From Candidatus Iainarchaeum sp. (GTDB taxonomy: Archaea; Iainarchaeota; Iainarchaeia; Iainarchaeales; JACQJH01), in the NCBI GenBank assembly GCA_016205145.1, contig JACQJH010000002.1:420001-452000 (forward strand): a stretch of 32,000 bases of DNA, written 5' to 3'. Numbering within the stretch: position 1 is the stretch's first letter; the number at the start of each line of letters is the position of its first letter. The notes under the pieces were generated by a model. It was not told where the DNA came from, did no database searches, and saw only the letters and a program-made list of their open reading frames with translations. A program made the position numbers and the translations under genes. This document shows positions 15,239 to 23,576 of this stretch, piece after piece.

Positions 15239-16051
15239 GTGAAGAGAACAAAAATCTTTCTGGTGCCCAGCGAGCAGGGCAGTCTGGACAAGAATCGCGG
15301 TTGCGCCAAAGCGCCTGCCGCAATCATAAAGGCTTTGGAAAAGGAAGGCATCAAGCCTGAAAACGAAAGCGTTGCAGTCGTGCAATCGGACATCGAGGCA
15401 ACTGATGAAGCCATTTTTTTGGCTGCAAAAAAGGCTTTTGCGGAAAAGGCGGGTCCGGAAAAATTTCCGGTTTTTCTGGGCGGCGACCACTCCATAACGT
15501 ATTCATTGTTCAGGGCTTTTTCGAAAACTTTCGGCAAGGATTCGGCGTTGGTGATTTTTGACGCGCACGCCGACTGCTGCCAGTTTTTCAAGCCCGTGAG
15601 CCACGAGGACATGAACAAGGTTTTGGTTGAAGAAGGTTTGCTGAAGCCCGAAAATCTGCTTATCATCGGCCTGAGAAAAGTCTTTGATGTCGAAAAGGGT
15701 TTCCTGCGGAAAAACAAAATCAAAAGCATTGCGCCGCAAACCGCAAACCTTGAAACGCAAAAGGCAAGGGCGCAATTGCGGGGGTTTTTGGCAAAGCGGA
15801 AAAACATTTATGTCAGCATCGACATCGACGCTTTCGACCCGGGCTTTGCGCCTGCGACAGGATATCCGGAAAAAAAAGGTTTGCTGGAAAAGCCGTTTTT
15901 CTCGCTTTTGGATGTTTTGCTTGAAAGCGGCAAAGTGAAGGCATATGACCTGGTCGAAGCCAATCCTTCGATGAACGGCGGCCGGAAAACCGTTGGATTG
16001 GCGGCCCGCATAATCGGAAAGATTGCCCGATTCCGACGAATTTCGCAATAA
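15239..16051 (+). CDS. speB: Agmatinase/arginase-family ureohydrolase
   Basis: Metal-binding motifs GGDHSIT, DAHAD and SIDIDAFDP. GTG 15239 is the first plausible in-frame start. It is linked with aIF5A, as in many archaea. Confidence 0.85.
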   Translation: MKRTKIFLVPSEQGSLDKNRGCAKAPAAIIKALEKEGIKPENESVAVVQSDIEATDEAIFLAAKKAFAEKAGPEKFPVFLGGDHSITYSLFRAFSKTFGKDSALVIFDAHADCCQFFKPVSHEDMNKVLVEEGLLKPENLLIIGLRKVFDVEKGFLRKNKIKSIAPQTANLETQKARAQLRGFLAKRKNIYVSIDIDAFDPGFAPATGYPEKKGLLEKPFFSLLDVLLESGKVKAYDLVEANPSMNGGRKTVGLAARIIGKIARFRRISQ

Positions 16052-16103
16052 ACAATGGGTTTTTTAATAAAATTCGCACGCAAGTCTTTTTCCGGTGGAA
16101 TGC

Positions 16104-17426
16104 ATGGTTGTTGTCATGAAATTCGGCGGCGCGGCCCTGGAGAACGCGGAAAAAATAAGAAACGTTTTTTCGGTAGTGAAGCCGAGGCTTGCCGAAAAGC
16201 CTGTCGTGGTCGTTTCCGCGATGAAAGGCATAACCGACCTTTTGCTTGGCTCGTTTGCGGAAAAATCGAATGTCGCGAAGATAAGGCAAATCCATGTCCA
16301 GGCGCTGAAAGAGCTTGGCCTTGATGAGAAGCTTTTGGACCGGCTTTTTGCGGAACTTGAAAAAGCTGTTTCGGTCGTCAGCAGAATCCACGACGTGAAT
16401 CCAAAGACAAGGGATTTTGCCGCGAGTTTCGGGGAAAGGCTTTGCGCAAGGCTTGTGGCGGCCCATTTTGAAAAACAAGGGGTCAAGGCCAAGGCTTTTG
16501 ACGCGTGGGACCTGGGCATGGTTACTGACAGCAATTTCGGAAAGGCACAGCCCCTGCCGGAAGCGGAAAAGGCAATCTCTGAAAAATTTGCAAAATTGAA
16601 GGGCGTTGACGTGCCCGTCATAACCGGCTATATCGGAAAGGACAGGCAAGGCGAAATCACGACGCTTGCCAGGGGCGGAACGGATTACACTGCCTCGTTT
16701 GTCGGCGCGGCAATCCATGCCAGGCAGATTGAATTCTGGAAGGAAGTCAACGGCATCATGAGCGCGGACCCGCGCATTGTGCCGGAAGCTAAAACCATTT
16801 CCTCCCTGTCGTTTGACGAAATGGCCGAGCTTGCCTTTTTCGGCGCAAAGGTTTTGCATCCAAGAACTGTCGAACCTGCCGTGCGCAAGAACATCCCGCT
16901 TTTGGTGAAAAACATTTTCGATCCGGGGCATGAGGGCACGATCATCAGCGAAAAGGCGCATGAAACCGAGCACAGGGTCAAGGCCATTTCAAGCAAGAAA
17001 GGCGTTTCCATAATAAACGTGAGGGCGGCAGAAATGCTGGGCTCTTACGGCTTTGCCGCGAAGGTCTTCGACATTCTCGGAAGGAACAGGATTTCAGTCG
17101 ACCTGATTGCCACGTCGGAGATAAACATTTCGTTTTCGGTCAGCAACAATGAGGCAAAGGACCTTGAAAATGCCGTGAAAGAAATCAGGGATTTCGCAAG
17201 CGTGCTTGTCGAGGGAAACCGCGCCATTATCAGCGTTGTCGGAAAAGGCATAAAGGGAAAGCCCGGCCTTGCTGGAAAGGTTTTCACTTCAACCGCGGAA
17301 AACGGCATCAACGTCGAGACAATCAGCCAGGCCGCACCCGAAATAAACCTGACGTTCGTCGTGGATGGAAAGGACGCGGACAAGGCAGTGAGGGCACTGC
17401 ATAAAAAGTTTGTTGAAGAAAACTAA
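16104..17426 (+). CDS. lysC: Aspartate kinase with C-terminal ACT domains
   Basis: KFGGAAL ... VVVSAM ... TLARGGTDYTA ... FWKEVNGIMSADPR. The ATG at 16104 lies 5 nt after GGTGG. Confidence 0.9.
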   Translation: MVVVMKFGGAALENAEKIRNVFSVVKPRLAEKPVVVVSAMKGITDLLLGSFAEKSNVAKIRQIHVQALKELGLDEKLLDRLFAELEKAVSVVSRIHDVNPKTRDFAASFGERLCARLVAAHFEKQGVKAKAFDAWDLGMVTDSNFGKAQPLPEAEKAISEKFAKLKGVDVPVITGYIGKDRQGEITTLARGGTDYTASFVGAAIHARQIEFWKEVNGIMSADPRIVPEAKTISSLSFDEMAELAFFGAKVLHPRTVEPAVRKNIPLLVKNIFDPGHEGTIISEKAHETEHRVKAISSKKGVSIINVRAAEMLGSYGFAAKVFDILGRNRISVDLIATSEINISFSVSNNEAKDLENAVKEIRDFASVLVEGNRAIISVVGKGIKGKPGLAGKVFTSTAENGINVETISQAAPEINLTFVVDGKDADKAVRALHKKFVEEN

Positions 17427-17430
17427 TCCT

Positions 17431-17694
17431 ATGCAGATTAGCGATTTTTCCGTCCGGCCGTGCCGCGGCTCCGCGGCATTGGAGTTCATTCCGAAGAAAA
17501 AGCCCGCCGGCGGGCTGGATGGCATGGCGGAAAGGCTTCGGGAAAAGGGTGCGAGCGTTGAAATGGAAACCCCTTTCGTCGTCATGGCAAAATTTGAAGG
17601 CCTGGAATTCAGCTTTTACAAAAGCGGGAAAATCATAGTGAAAGGCGAAAAAAACGAGGCGAAGGCCAGGAAAGCCCTTCAAAGAATCCTGTGA
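17431..17694 (+). CDS. Small hypothetical protein, 87 aa, with a C-terminus resembling a single TBP-fold half-repeat
   Basis: LEFSFYKSGKIIVKGEKNEAKARKALQRIL resembles the ..lIF.SGK.v.tGaks.e.......... segment of TBP repeats. The start lies 4 nt after the lysC stop. Confidence 0.4.
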   Translation: MQISDFSVRPCRGSAALEFIPKKKPAGGLDGMAERLREKGASVEMETPFVVMAKFEGLEFSFYKSGKIIVKGEKNEAKARKALQRIL

Positions 17695-17777
17695 AAAAAT
17701 GACAAGCCGAACCGCGCATTTAAATACATAAAAAGCCTATTTTTGATAAAAATAATTTTATTTTGGGGGTTGGTTTG

Positions 17778-18410
17778 ATGGATATTGCGGGGGCTTTCAA
17801 AAAGCCGTTTTCGGACATAACAAAACTTGCAATAGGCATAATCGTTTCATTGATTCCGATAGTCAACATTCTGCTGCTGCCGGGCTATCTTTTCAGGGTT
17901 GCCGTGAACTCTACAAAAGGCAAACCGGGATTGCCGGAGTGGAGTGACCCGGTCGGCCTGGTTGTCAGGAGCTTAAAGCTTATCGTGCTGATGATAATAT
18001 ACTATATTCCGGCAATCATTGTCGGCGCAATCGGCGTCGGCGCGGCAATTTCCGCGATACTGGCGAATCCCGGAAACATACTGAATTCAATGACTACTGC
18101 GATTGCCGCAGGCGGCGTGTTCATATTGCTGGCGTTGCTGCTTGCATTGCTCGGCGGATTGTTCGGAACCTCTGCCATGCTTCTGGCCGCGAGGACCAAC
18201 AGAATCGGCGACGGCCTGAAATTCGGCGAGGCCGTAAAGAATTTTTTCAGGCTCAGGTTCATTGCCGCCCTGGCCATAGTGCTCATTATTGCGGTGATAA
18301 TCAACGTGGTTTTGGGAGTAATTCCGGTTGTCGGCTGGGTTCTTGCATTGCTGCTTGTTTTCCCGCTCCAGACCGCGTACATCACAATCCTTGCGGAAGG
18401 CTACAACTGA
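17778..18410 (+). CDS. DUF4013-like polytopic membrane protein
   Basis: LLPGYLFRVAVNSTKG.PGLPEWSD followed by several TM segments fits the DUF4013 pattern. An alternative TTG start lies at 17763. Confidence 0.6.
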   Translation: MDIAGAFKKPFSDITKLAIGIIVSLIPIVNILLLPGYLFRVAVNSTKGKPGLPEWSDPVGLVVRSLKLIVLMIIYYIPAIIVGAIGVGAAISAILANPGNILNSMTTAIAAGGVFILLALLLALLGGLFGTSAMLLAARTNRIGDGLKFGEAVKNFFRLRFIAALAIVLIIAVIINVVLGVIPVVGWVLALLLVFPLQTAYITILAEGYN

Positions 18411-18412
18411 GC

Positions 18413-18460
18413 CTTCCCCTTTTTTCTTCTTTTTCTTGTTTTTTCTTTTTTTTCGTTTCT
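18413..18460 (+). terminator. 48-nt polypyrimidine/oligo-T tract after the membrane protein gene
   Basis: CTTCCCCTTTTTTCTTCTTTTTCTTGTTTTTTCTTTTTTTTCG contains multiple T5-T8 runs, the archaeal termination signal. Confidence 0.6.
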
Positions 18461-18509
18461 GGCAAACAAATTTAAACGGCTCCTGACACAAATCCCTTCT
18501 GGCGGTCAA

Positions 18510-19589
18510 ATGCGCATAGGCAAGTTTTTCGGCATTCCAATCGAACTGCATTCGTCGTTCATCCTTCTGATCGCGGTAATCGCCTTAGTGCTCGCGTTTT
18601 TTTCGCCTGACCGGTTCACGCAGACGCTTTTGCTTTTGTTTTTCCTGTTCCTGTCGGTTCTGCTGCACGAATTGTGCCATAGCATTGTCGCAACGGAACT
18701 CGGCTACAAAGTGCAGAAAATAATCCTTTTGCCCATCGGGGGGGTTGCGATGACGGAAACCATGCCGAAAAAGCCGAAAGAGGAATTCCTGGTCGCGATT
18801 GCCGGGCCGGCATTCAACTTCATTGTAGTGCTGGCAGTGCTGTTCGCGGTTGCCGCGTTCAACCTGCCTTTTCCAAAGGAAATAGCCGCGGAAAAGCTTG
18901 AGGAATACGTGCTCAACTTTCCCCTGTTCGGCCTTGTCTGGGTCAATTTCATTCTCGGCGCATTCAACCTTTTCACCCCGGCACTGCCGCTGGACGGCGG
19001 AAGGGTGTTCAGGGCAATCCTCGCGAAATTCGTGGGATTCAACCGCGCCACGAAAATTGTCGGCAAAGTCAGCTCGTTCGTTGCAATCGCGCTGTTTTTG
19101 GTCGGCATCCTCTACGCCGATTTCATAATCGCAATCATCGCGGTTTTCATCTACCTGGGCTCGAAGCAGGAAACCGAAAGCGTTTCGGTTTCGGAAAATC
19201 TTGAAAAGATAAGCGTTTCAGGCATTGTCAGAAAAAAGCCTTTTTTGGTCAAGGGCAGTGAGACCGTTGAAAAGGCGTTTGAAAAAATGCTGGAGCTGAA
19301 TGAAACCGCAGCGCTCGTGAAATTGGGAAAAGGCTTCGGAATTCTCACGCTTGAAGGCGTCAGAAACGTGCCGGAAACAAGGCGCTGGGACACTCCTGCT
19401 GAAAAGGCCTGCTTTCACGTTCCCGCGGTTGCAAGGAATGCCGATGCCGCTGCATTGTTTTCGCAGGCGAACGCGAAAGGCATTCCGATGTTCCCTGTTG
19501 CGGAAAAGGGCAGGCTTTTGGGCGTGGTTTTCCGCGAGGACCTCGAAAAACTGTACGCTTTGAGGCTCGCGGCGAACAGCAAAAAGTAA
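18510..19589 (+). CDS. Site-2 protease family (M50) zinc metalloprotease with a C-terminal CBS pair
   Basis: HELCHS (HExxH) lies in a TM segment, LDGGRV is the second metal ligand motif, and the C-terminal ~130 aa are CBS-like. Confidence 0.85.
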   Translation: MRIGKFFGIPIELHSSFILLIAVIALVLAFFSPDRFTQTLLLLFFLFLSVLLHELCHSIVATELGYKVQKIILLPIGGVAMTETMPKKPKEEFLVAIAGPAFNFIVVLAVLFAVAAFNLPFPKEIAAEKLEEYVLNFPLFGLVWVNFILGAFNLFTPALPLDGGRVFRAILAKFVGFNRATKIVGKVSSFVAIALFLVGILYADFIIAIIAVFIYLGSKQETESVSVSENLEKISVSGIVRKKPFLVKGSETVEKAFEKMLELNETAALVKLGKGFGILTLEGVRNVPETRRWDTPAEKACFHVPAVARNADAAALFSQANAKGIPMFPVAEKGRLLGVVFREDLEKLYALRLAANSKK

Positions 19590-19695
19590 AAAAGGCATCG
19601 GCGGGCTAAATTGTTTTAACACAAGCCTGCCCGGAAGGCAGAGGGTTCGAGTGCAACGAGAACCCTCAACGCGCACAAGCCGGGCGTTCGGCTTT

Positions 19696-19804
19696 GCAGG
19701 GATGGCTGAGTTCGGTTAAAGGCACCACGCTCGAGCGGATTTTATGGTCTAGGGCAACGTGGAGCCTCGCAAGAGGCACGTGGGTTCAAATCCCACTCCC
19801 TGCG
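19696..19804 (+). tRNA. tRNA-Ser (anticodon CGA) with a 21-nt intron at the canonical 37/38 position
   Basis: Acceptor GCAGGGA/TCCCTGC, discriminator G. The anticodon stem CCACG...CGTGG is interrupted by 19736-19756. It has a long variable arm GCCTC-gcaa-GAGGC and a T arm GTGGG-TTCAAAT-CCCAC. Confidence 0.85.
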
Positions 19805-19845
19805 AATCAAATAAAATTAAAAAAAGAAAAAGCCAAGGGTTGCTT

Positions 19846-20259
19846 ATGGACGAAGACTGCGTTTTCTGCAGGATTGTGAAAGGCGAGATTCCGAGCGTGA
19901 AGCTCTTTGAAAACGGGTCCATTCTCGCGTTCCTGGACATAATGCCCGCGGCAAAAGGCCATTGCCTCGTCATCCCGAAAAAACACCACTCAAGGATAAT
20001 CGGCGTGCCGCACGATGACCTGAAAGAAATCATGCTTTGCGTGCAGAAAATTGGCGCGGCGCAGATGTCGGCTTTGGGCGCGGACGGATTCAATGTCCTA
20101 CAGTCGAACGGCGAGGCCGCCGGCCAGGTCATTCCGCACGTGCATTTCCACGTGATTCCGCGCAGGAAAGACGACAAACTTGACTTTTCCTGGGTGCAGA
20201 ACAGGGAAGAAAAAGAGGAACTTGAACGCTATTGCAGGCTGCTTAAGGAACAGATCTAA
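19846..20259 (+). CDS. HIT-family nucleotide hydrolase/transferase
   Basis: Histidine triad HVHFHVIP. The start is set at ATG 19846, because the track ORF prefix overlaps the tRNA. Confidence 0.9.
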   Translation: MDEDCVFCRIVKGEIPSVKLFENGSILAFLDIMPAAKGHCLVIPKKHHSRIIGVPHDDLKEIMLCVQKIGAAQMSALGADGFNVLQSNGEAAGQVIPHVHFHVIPRRKDDKLDFSWVQNREEKEELERYCRLLKEQI

Positions 20260-20264
20260 ACCGC

Positions 20265-20283
20265 GGAGGGGGACACCCCCTCC
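20265..20283. terminator. 8-bp GC hairpin between the convergent HIT and metG genes
   Basis: GGAGGGGG-aca-CCCCCTCC lies 6 nt after the HIT stop. Confidence 0.4.
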
Positions 20284-20334
20284 CCAGTTTTAAGGTAATC
20301 CTGACCCACCCCCGCTACTAAGCAACGGGCAAAA

Positions 20335-22489
20335 TCAAATCTCCTTCCACGTTCCGCCGCAGTAATTGGTGATTTTTTCGCAGATTTCCTTCAAGGCGTT
20401 TTTGCAGTAATCGTCTGACATCAGATTGTTGCCCTGCACGTACAAAACAATGTGCCTTGTGCCGTTGTCGACCTTTGTGTGCTCGCACTGCTTTTCGTCA
20501 AGCCAGCAGATTACTTCCTTCGAGTCTTCAACCGCAAAGCCGCCTTTCGGGATTTCCTTTTTCGCCTGCGAGCCAAGCGGGGTGTAAGGCGTTTTGCCAT
20601 CATAAATCCTGAAGCGGATGTCGCCTGAAAGCTTGCTTATGTCGTGCGCTCCCACGACAACCTTGCGCCGCAATGAAACCAGGTTGTATGCATCCACCGC
20701 AGTGTTGATCTGCGGGAGTTTGCCCTGCACTTTCACCTGCTCGACAAGGTTGCGGACGGAATTCGTCACGTTTGAAATGCCAAGGCGGTCGTAAACTTTT
20801 TCGTATTCGCGTATCAGGTTGTTCGCTTCCGGCGACGACAAATCGGTTTTTTCGGCCGCATCCTTTTTTTCGCGCTCCAGGCCGGAATGCTTGTTCTTGA
20901 TTTTCGCGTTTTCGACGACGGCGGAAAAGACTTTCAGGCCCAAGCCCATAACGTCCTTGTCGACTACGACTTTTATTGGCCGCGCAGTTTCAACTTTTTC
21001 CTCGAACTTCATTTTCTGGAAAAGCACTTCGCCTTTTTTTGTCTTCGCGCCCGCTTTGAGCAGATTGAATTTCGTGTCCTTCCACAGGCCAGCCTTCACG
21101 CCCAATTGCGCGTTGATTTTGCCGCTTGTCTCCGGCATGAAAGGGGAAATTAGAATTGAAATTATGCGCAGGGAATCTGCAAGGGAGTAAAGCGTTTCGT
21201 CAAGCTGTTTGCCGGACTGCTTCCAGGGCTCGCGCTCGTTAATGAACTTGTTGCAGGAGCCCATGAAAGCGAAGGTTTCGTTCAGCGCCTCGTGGAACTC
21301 GAATGCGTCCATCTTTTCTTGGATTTTTTTCAGGTTCAGGCTTTTCTGGAGGCCTGCATTGGTTTTGGATTTCGGTATTTTGCCCGCATGGTATTTTTCA
21401 AGCATGACTATTGTCCTGTTCAGCAGGTTGCCCAGTTCGTTTGCCAGCTCGTTGTTTATGCGTTCAACCAGCGCCTGCTCGGAAAAACTTCCGTCCTGGC
21501 CGAAAGGTATTTCGCGCATCAGGTAATATCGCACCGCGTCAACCGGATAGCGCTGAACCAATTCCAGGGGGTCTATGACATTGCCCAGGGACTTTGACAT
21601 TTTTTCGCCCGAAGCGGTGTTGATGAAGCCGTGCACCCAGACCTGTTTCGGCGGCGCAATGCCCATGGACTTGAGCATTGAAAACCAGATGGCAGAGTGG
21701 AACCAGACAATGTCGACGCCGATGTTTTGCACGTTTGCCGGCCAGAAGGTTTTGAAGTTTTTGTCAGGCCAGCCTACGCCGGTGAGATAGTTGACGAGGG
21801 CATCCCACCAGACGTAAATTGTGTGTTTTTTGTCGTTGGGCAACGGAATGCCCCAGCTGAAAGAAGTGCGTGAAACGGACAAGTCGCGCAAAGGCTCGGC
21901 TTTGATGCGGTTGAGGATTTCAAGGCGTTTGCCTTCCGGCCGCACGATTTCAGGATTTTTTTCAAGCAGGTCAACCAGGTATTTCTGGTATTTTGCCATG
22001 CGGAAAAAATAGCTTGGCTCGGAAACGGGTTCTGCGGACACCTTGTGCATTTTGCACTTGCCGTCAGCAAGGTCCTTTTCGAGATAGAATGCTTCGCATT
22101 GCGCGCAGTAAAGGCCCTCGTACTTGCCCAGGTAAATGTCGCCGTTGTCGAGCGCGAGCTTGAACAGCTGCCGGCACTTCTTTTCGTGGTCCTTGTCCGT
22201 GGTGCGGATGAAGCGGTCGAAGGAAAAATTCCAGGCATTGCACAGGGCCTTGAAGTGAACGGACATTTCGTCGACGTATTGCTTGGGCGGCTTGCCGGCG
22301 GCTTCCGCTTTTCTTTGGATTTTCTGGCCGTGCTCGTCCGTGCCCGTCAGGAAGAAAACCTTTTCGCCGAGCAGGCGGTGGTACCTCGCCTGGACGTCCG
22401 CGCACGTCTTTTCATAGGCGTGGCCGAAGATGGGGCTTGCTGGAAGGATAATCAATTGCAGTCGTCACGTAAAAGGTTTTTCCCGCCAT
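20335..22489 (-). CDS. metG: Methionyl-tRNA synthetase (bacterial-like MetG) with a C-terminal B3/B4-type domain; reading frame interrupted by one extra nucleotide at about 22426
   Basis: The track ORF (TTG 22455) lacks the N-terminus. ATG 22489 has an AGGTGA Shine-Dalgarno 8 nt upstream and encodes MAGKTFYVTTAIDYPSSKPHL in another frame. Joining it across the extra C gives ...PHLGHAYEK, a perfect HIGH motif. Also present: TDEHGQKI and KMSKS. The span is 2155 nt, which is 3n+1. Confidence 0.9.
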
Positions 22490-22569
22490 AAGCCGCTTCA
22501 CCTTGACTTAAATTATGCCTGCAAAAATAATAAATAGGTGCTTTTGCGGGCGAGAGCTGGCAGAAGCCG

Positions 22570-22971
22570 TCAGCCCGTTTCCTCGAAGTCAAGGCAGACC
22601 GAATTGATGCAATAGCGTTTTCCGGTTTTTGTCGGGCCGTCGTCGAAGACGTGGCCGAGATGCGAGCCGCATTTGGCGCAAACCGCTTCGGTGCGGCCAA
22701 GGCCGAAGCTTTCGTCGCGTTCAAGTTTTACCGCGCCTTTTTTGGCCTGGTCGAAGCTCGGCCAGCCCGTGCCGGAGTCAAACTTCGTGCCCGACTCGAA
22801 CAAGACGCTGCCGCAGGCCTTGCATTTGTAATCGCCTTTTTTCCGGTTGTGCAGCAGCTTTCCGGTGAAAGGCATTTCAGTGCCCTTTTCGCGCAAAACG
22901 CGGAATTCTTCGCCTGAAAGTTTTTTCCTCAGCCCAGCATCGGACAATTTTTCCGCCATTATTTTCACCAA
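22570..22971 (-). CDS. msrB: Peptide-methionine (R)-S-oxide reductase MsrB
   Basis: CxxC...CxxC zinc site, GWPSF and the catalytic RYCINS motif. Confidence 0.93.
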   Translation of the reverse strand: MVKIMAEKLSDAGLRKKLSGEEFRVLREKGTEMPFTGKLLHNRKKGDYKCKACGSVLFESGTKFDSGTGWPSFDQAKKGAVKLERDESFGLGRTEAVCAKCGSHLGHVFDDGPTKTGKRYCINSVCLDFEETG

Positions 22972-23095
22972 TGATGCAATTGTGTTTTTCCGGCTTTTAA
23001 GGTTTTTTCCTGATTAAGCCAAATTTCAGTCCGGGCGGGAACGGAAAAGATTGGGAAAAAAGTATTTATTCGTCTGCGCGTAAATTTTCTTTGGA

Positions 23096-23575
23096 ATGAA
23101 ATTGGCGAAAACCGAAAAGGCTGTTTTTGCGGCAGGCTGCTTCTGGGGAGTCGAAGACCTTTTTTCAAAGGTTCCGGGAGTGAAGGGCACGCGCGCGGGC
23201 TACACCGGGGGGCATACCGCCAATCCAAGCTATGAGCAGGTTTGCTCGGACAGGACGGGGCATGCGGAAGCGGTTGAAGTCGAATTCGACCCCGCCAAGG
23301 TCAGCTATGAAAAACTGCTTGAATTGTTCTGGAAACTCCACGACCCGACGCAGGAAAACAGGCAGGGCCCGGATGTTGGCTCGCAGTACCGGTCCGCGGT
23401 ATTCTATCACAACGAAAAGCAGAAAGCGGCCGCGGAAAAATCTAAAAAAGCGCTTGAAAAGTCCGGCAAATTCGGCAAGCCAATCATGACGCAAATCGTC
23501 GCCGCAAAGGAATTTTTCGAAGCCGAAGATTACCACCAGAAATACATGCAGAAGCACAGGAATGCTGTGTGCTGA
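23096..23575 (+). CDS. msrA: Peptide-methionine (S)-S-oxide reductase MsrA
   Basis: GCFWGVE active-site motif, GHAEAV and DYHQKY. Confidence 0.93.
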   Translation: MKLAKTEKAVFAAGCFWGVEDLFSKVPGVKGTRAGYTGGHTANPSYEQVCSDRTGHAEAVEVEFDPAKVSYEKLLELFWKLHDPTQENRQGPDVGSQYRSAVFYHNEKQKAAAEKSKKALEKSGKFGKPIMTQIVAAKEFFEAEDYHQKYMQKHRNAVC

Positions 23576-23576
23576 A

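Noticed and set aside
15196-16973. Minus-strand ORFs 14809..15807 (upper part), 15503..16048, 15813..16973 and 16064..16621
   Set aside because: They are antisense to agmatinase and aspartate kinase, both of which carry diagnostic motifs. The products are Arg/Phe-rich with no motifs.
18413-18460. Polypyrimidine tract as a possible microsatellite or coding low-complexity region (the minus ORF gives KKKKKK)
   Set aside because: It lies between two plus-strand genes, directly after a stop codon. Multiple oligo-T runs are the standard archaeal terminator signal.
19622-19695. Possible tRNA-like or split-tRNA half upstream of tRNA-Ser (contains GGGTTCGAGT)
   Set aside because: No cloverleaf can be drawn. 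The GGGTTCGAG lies in an 8-bp stem with an 11-nt loop rather than a T arm, and there is no acceptor or anticodon arm of the correct size.
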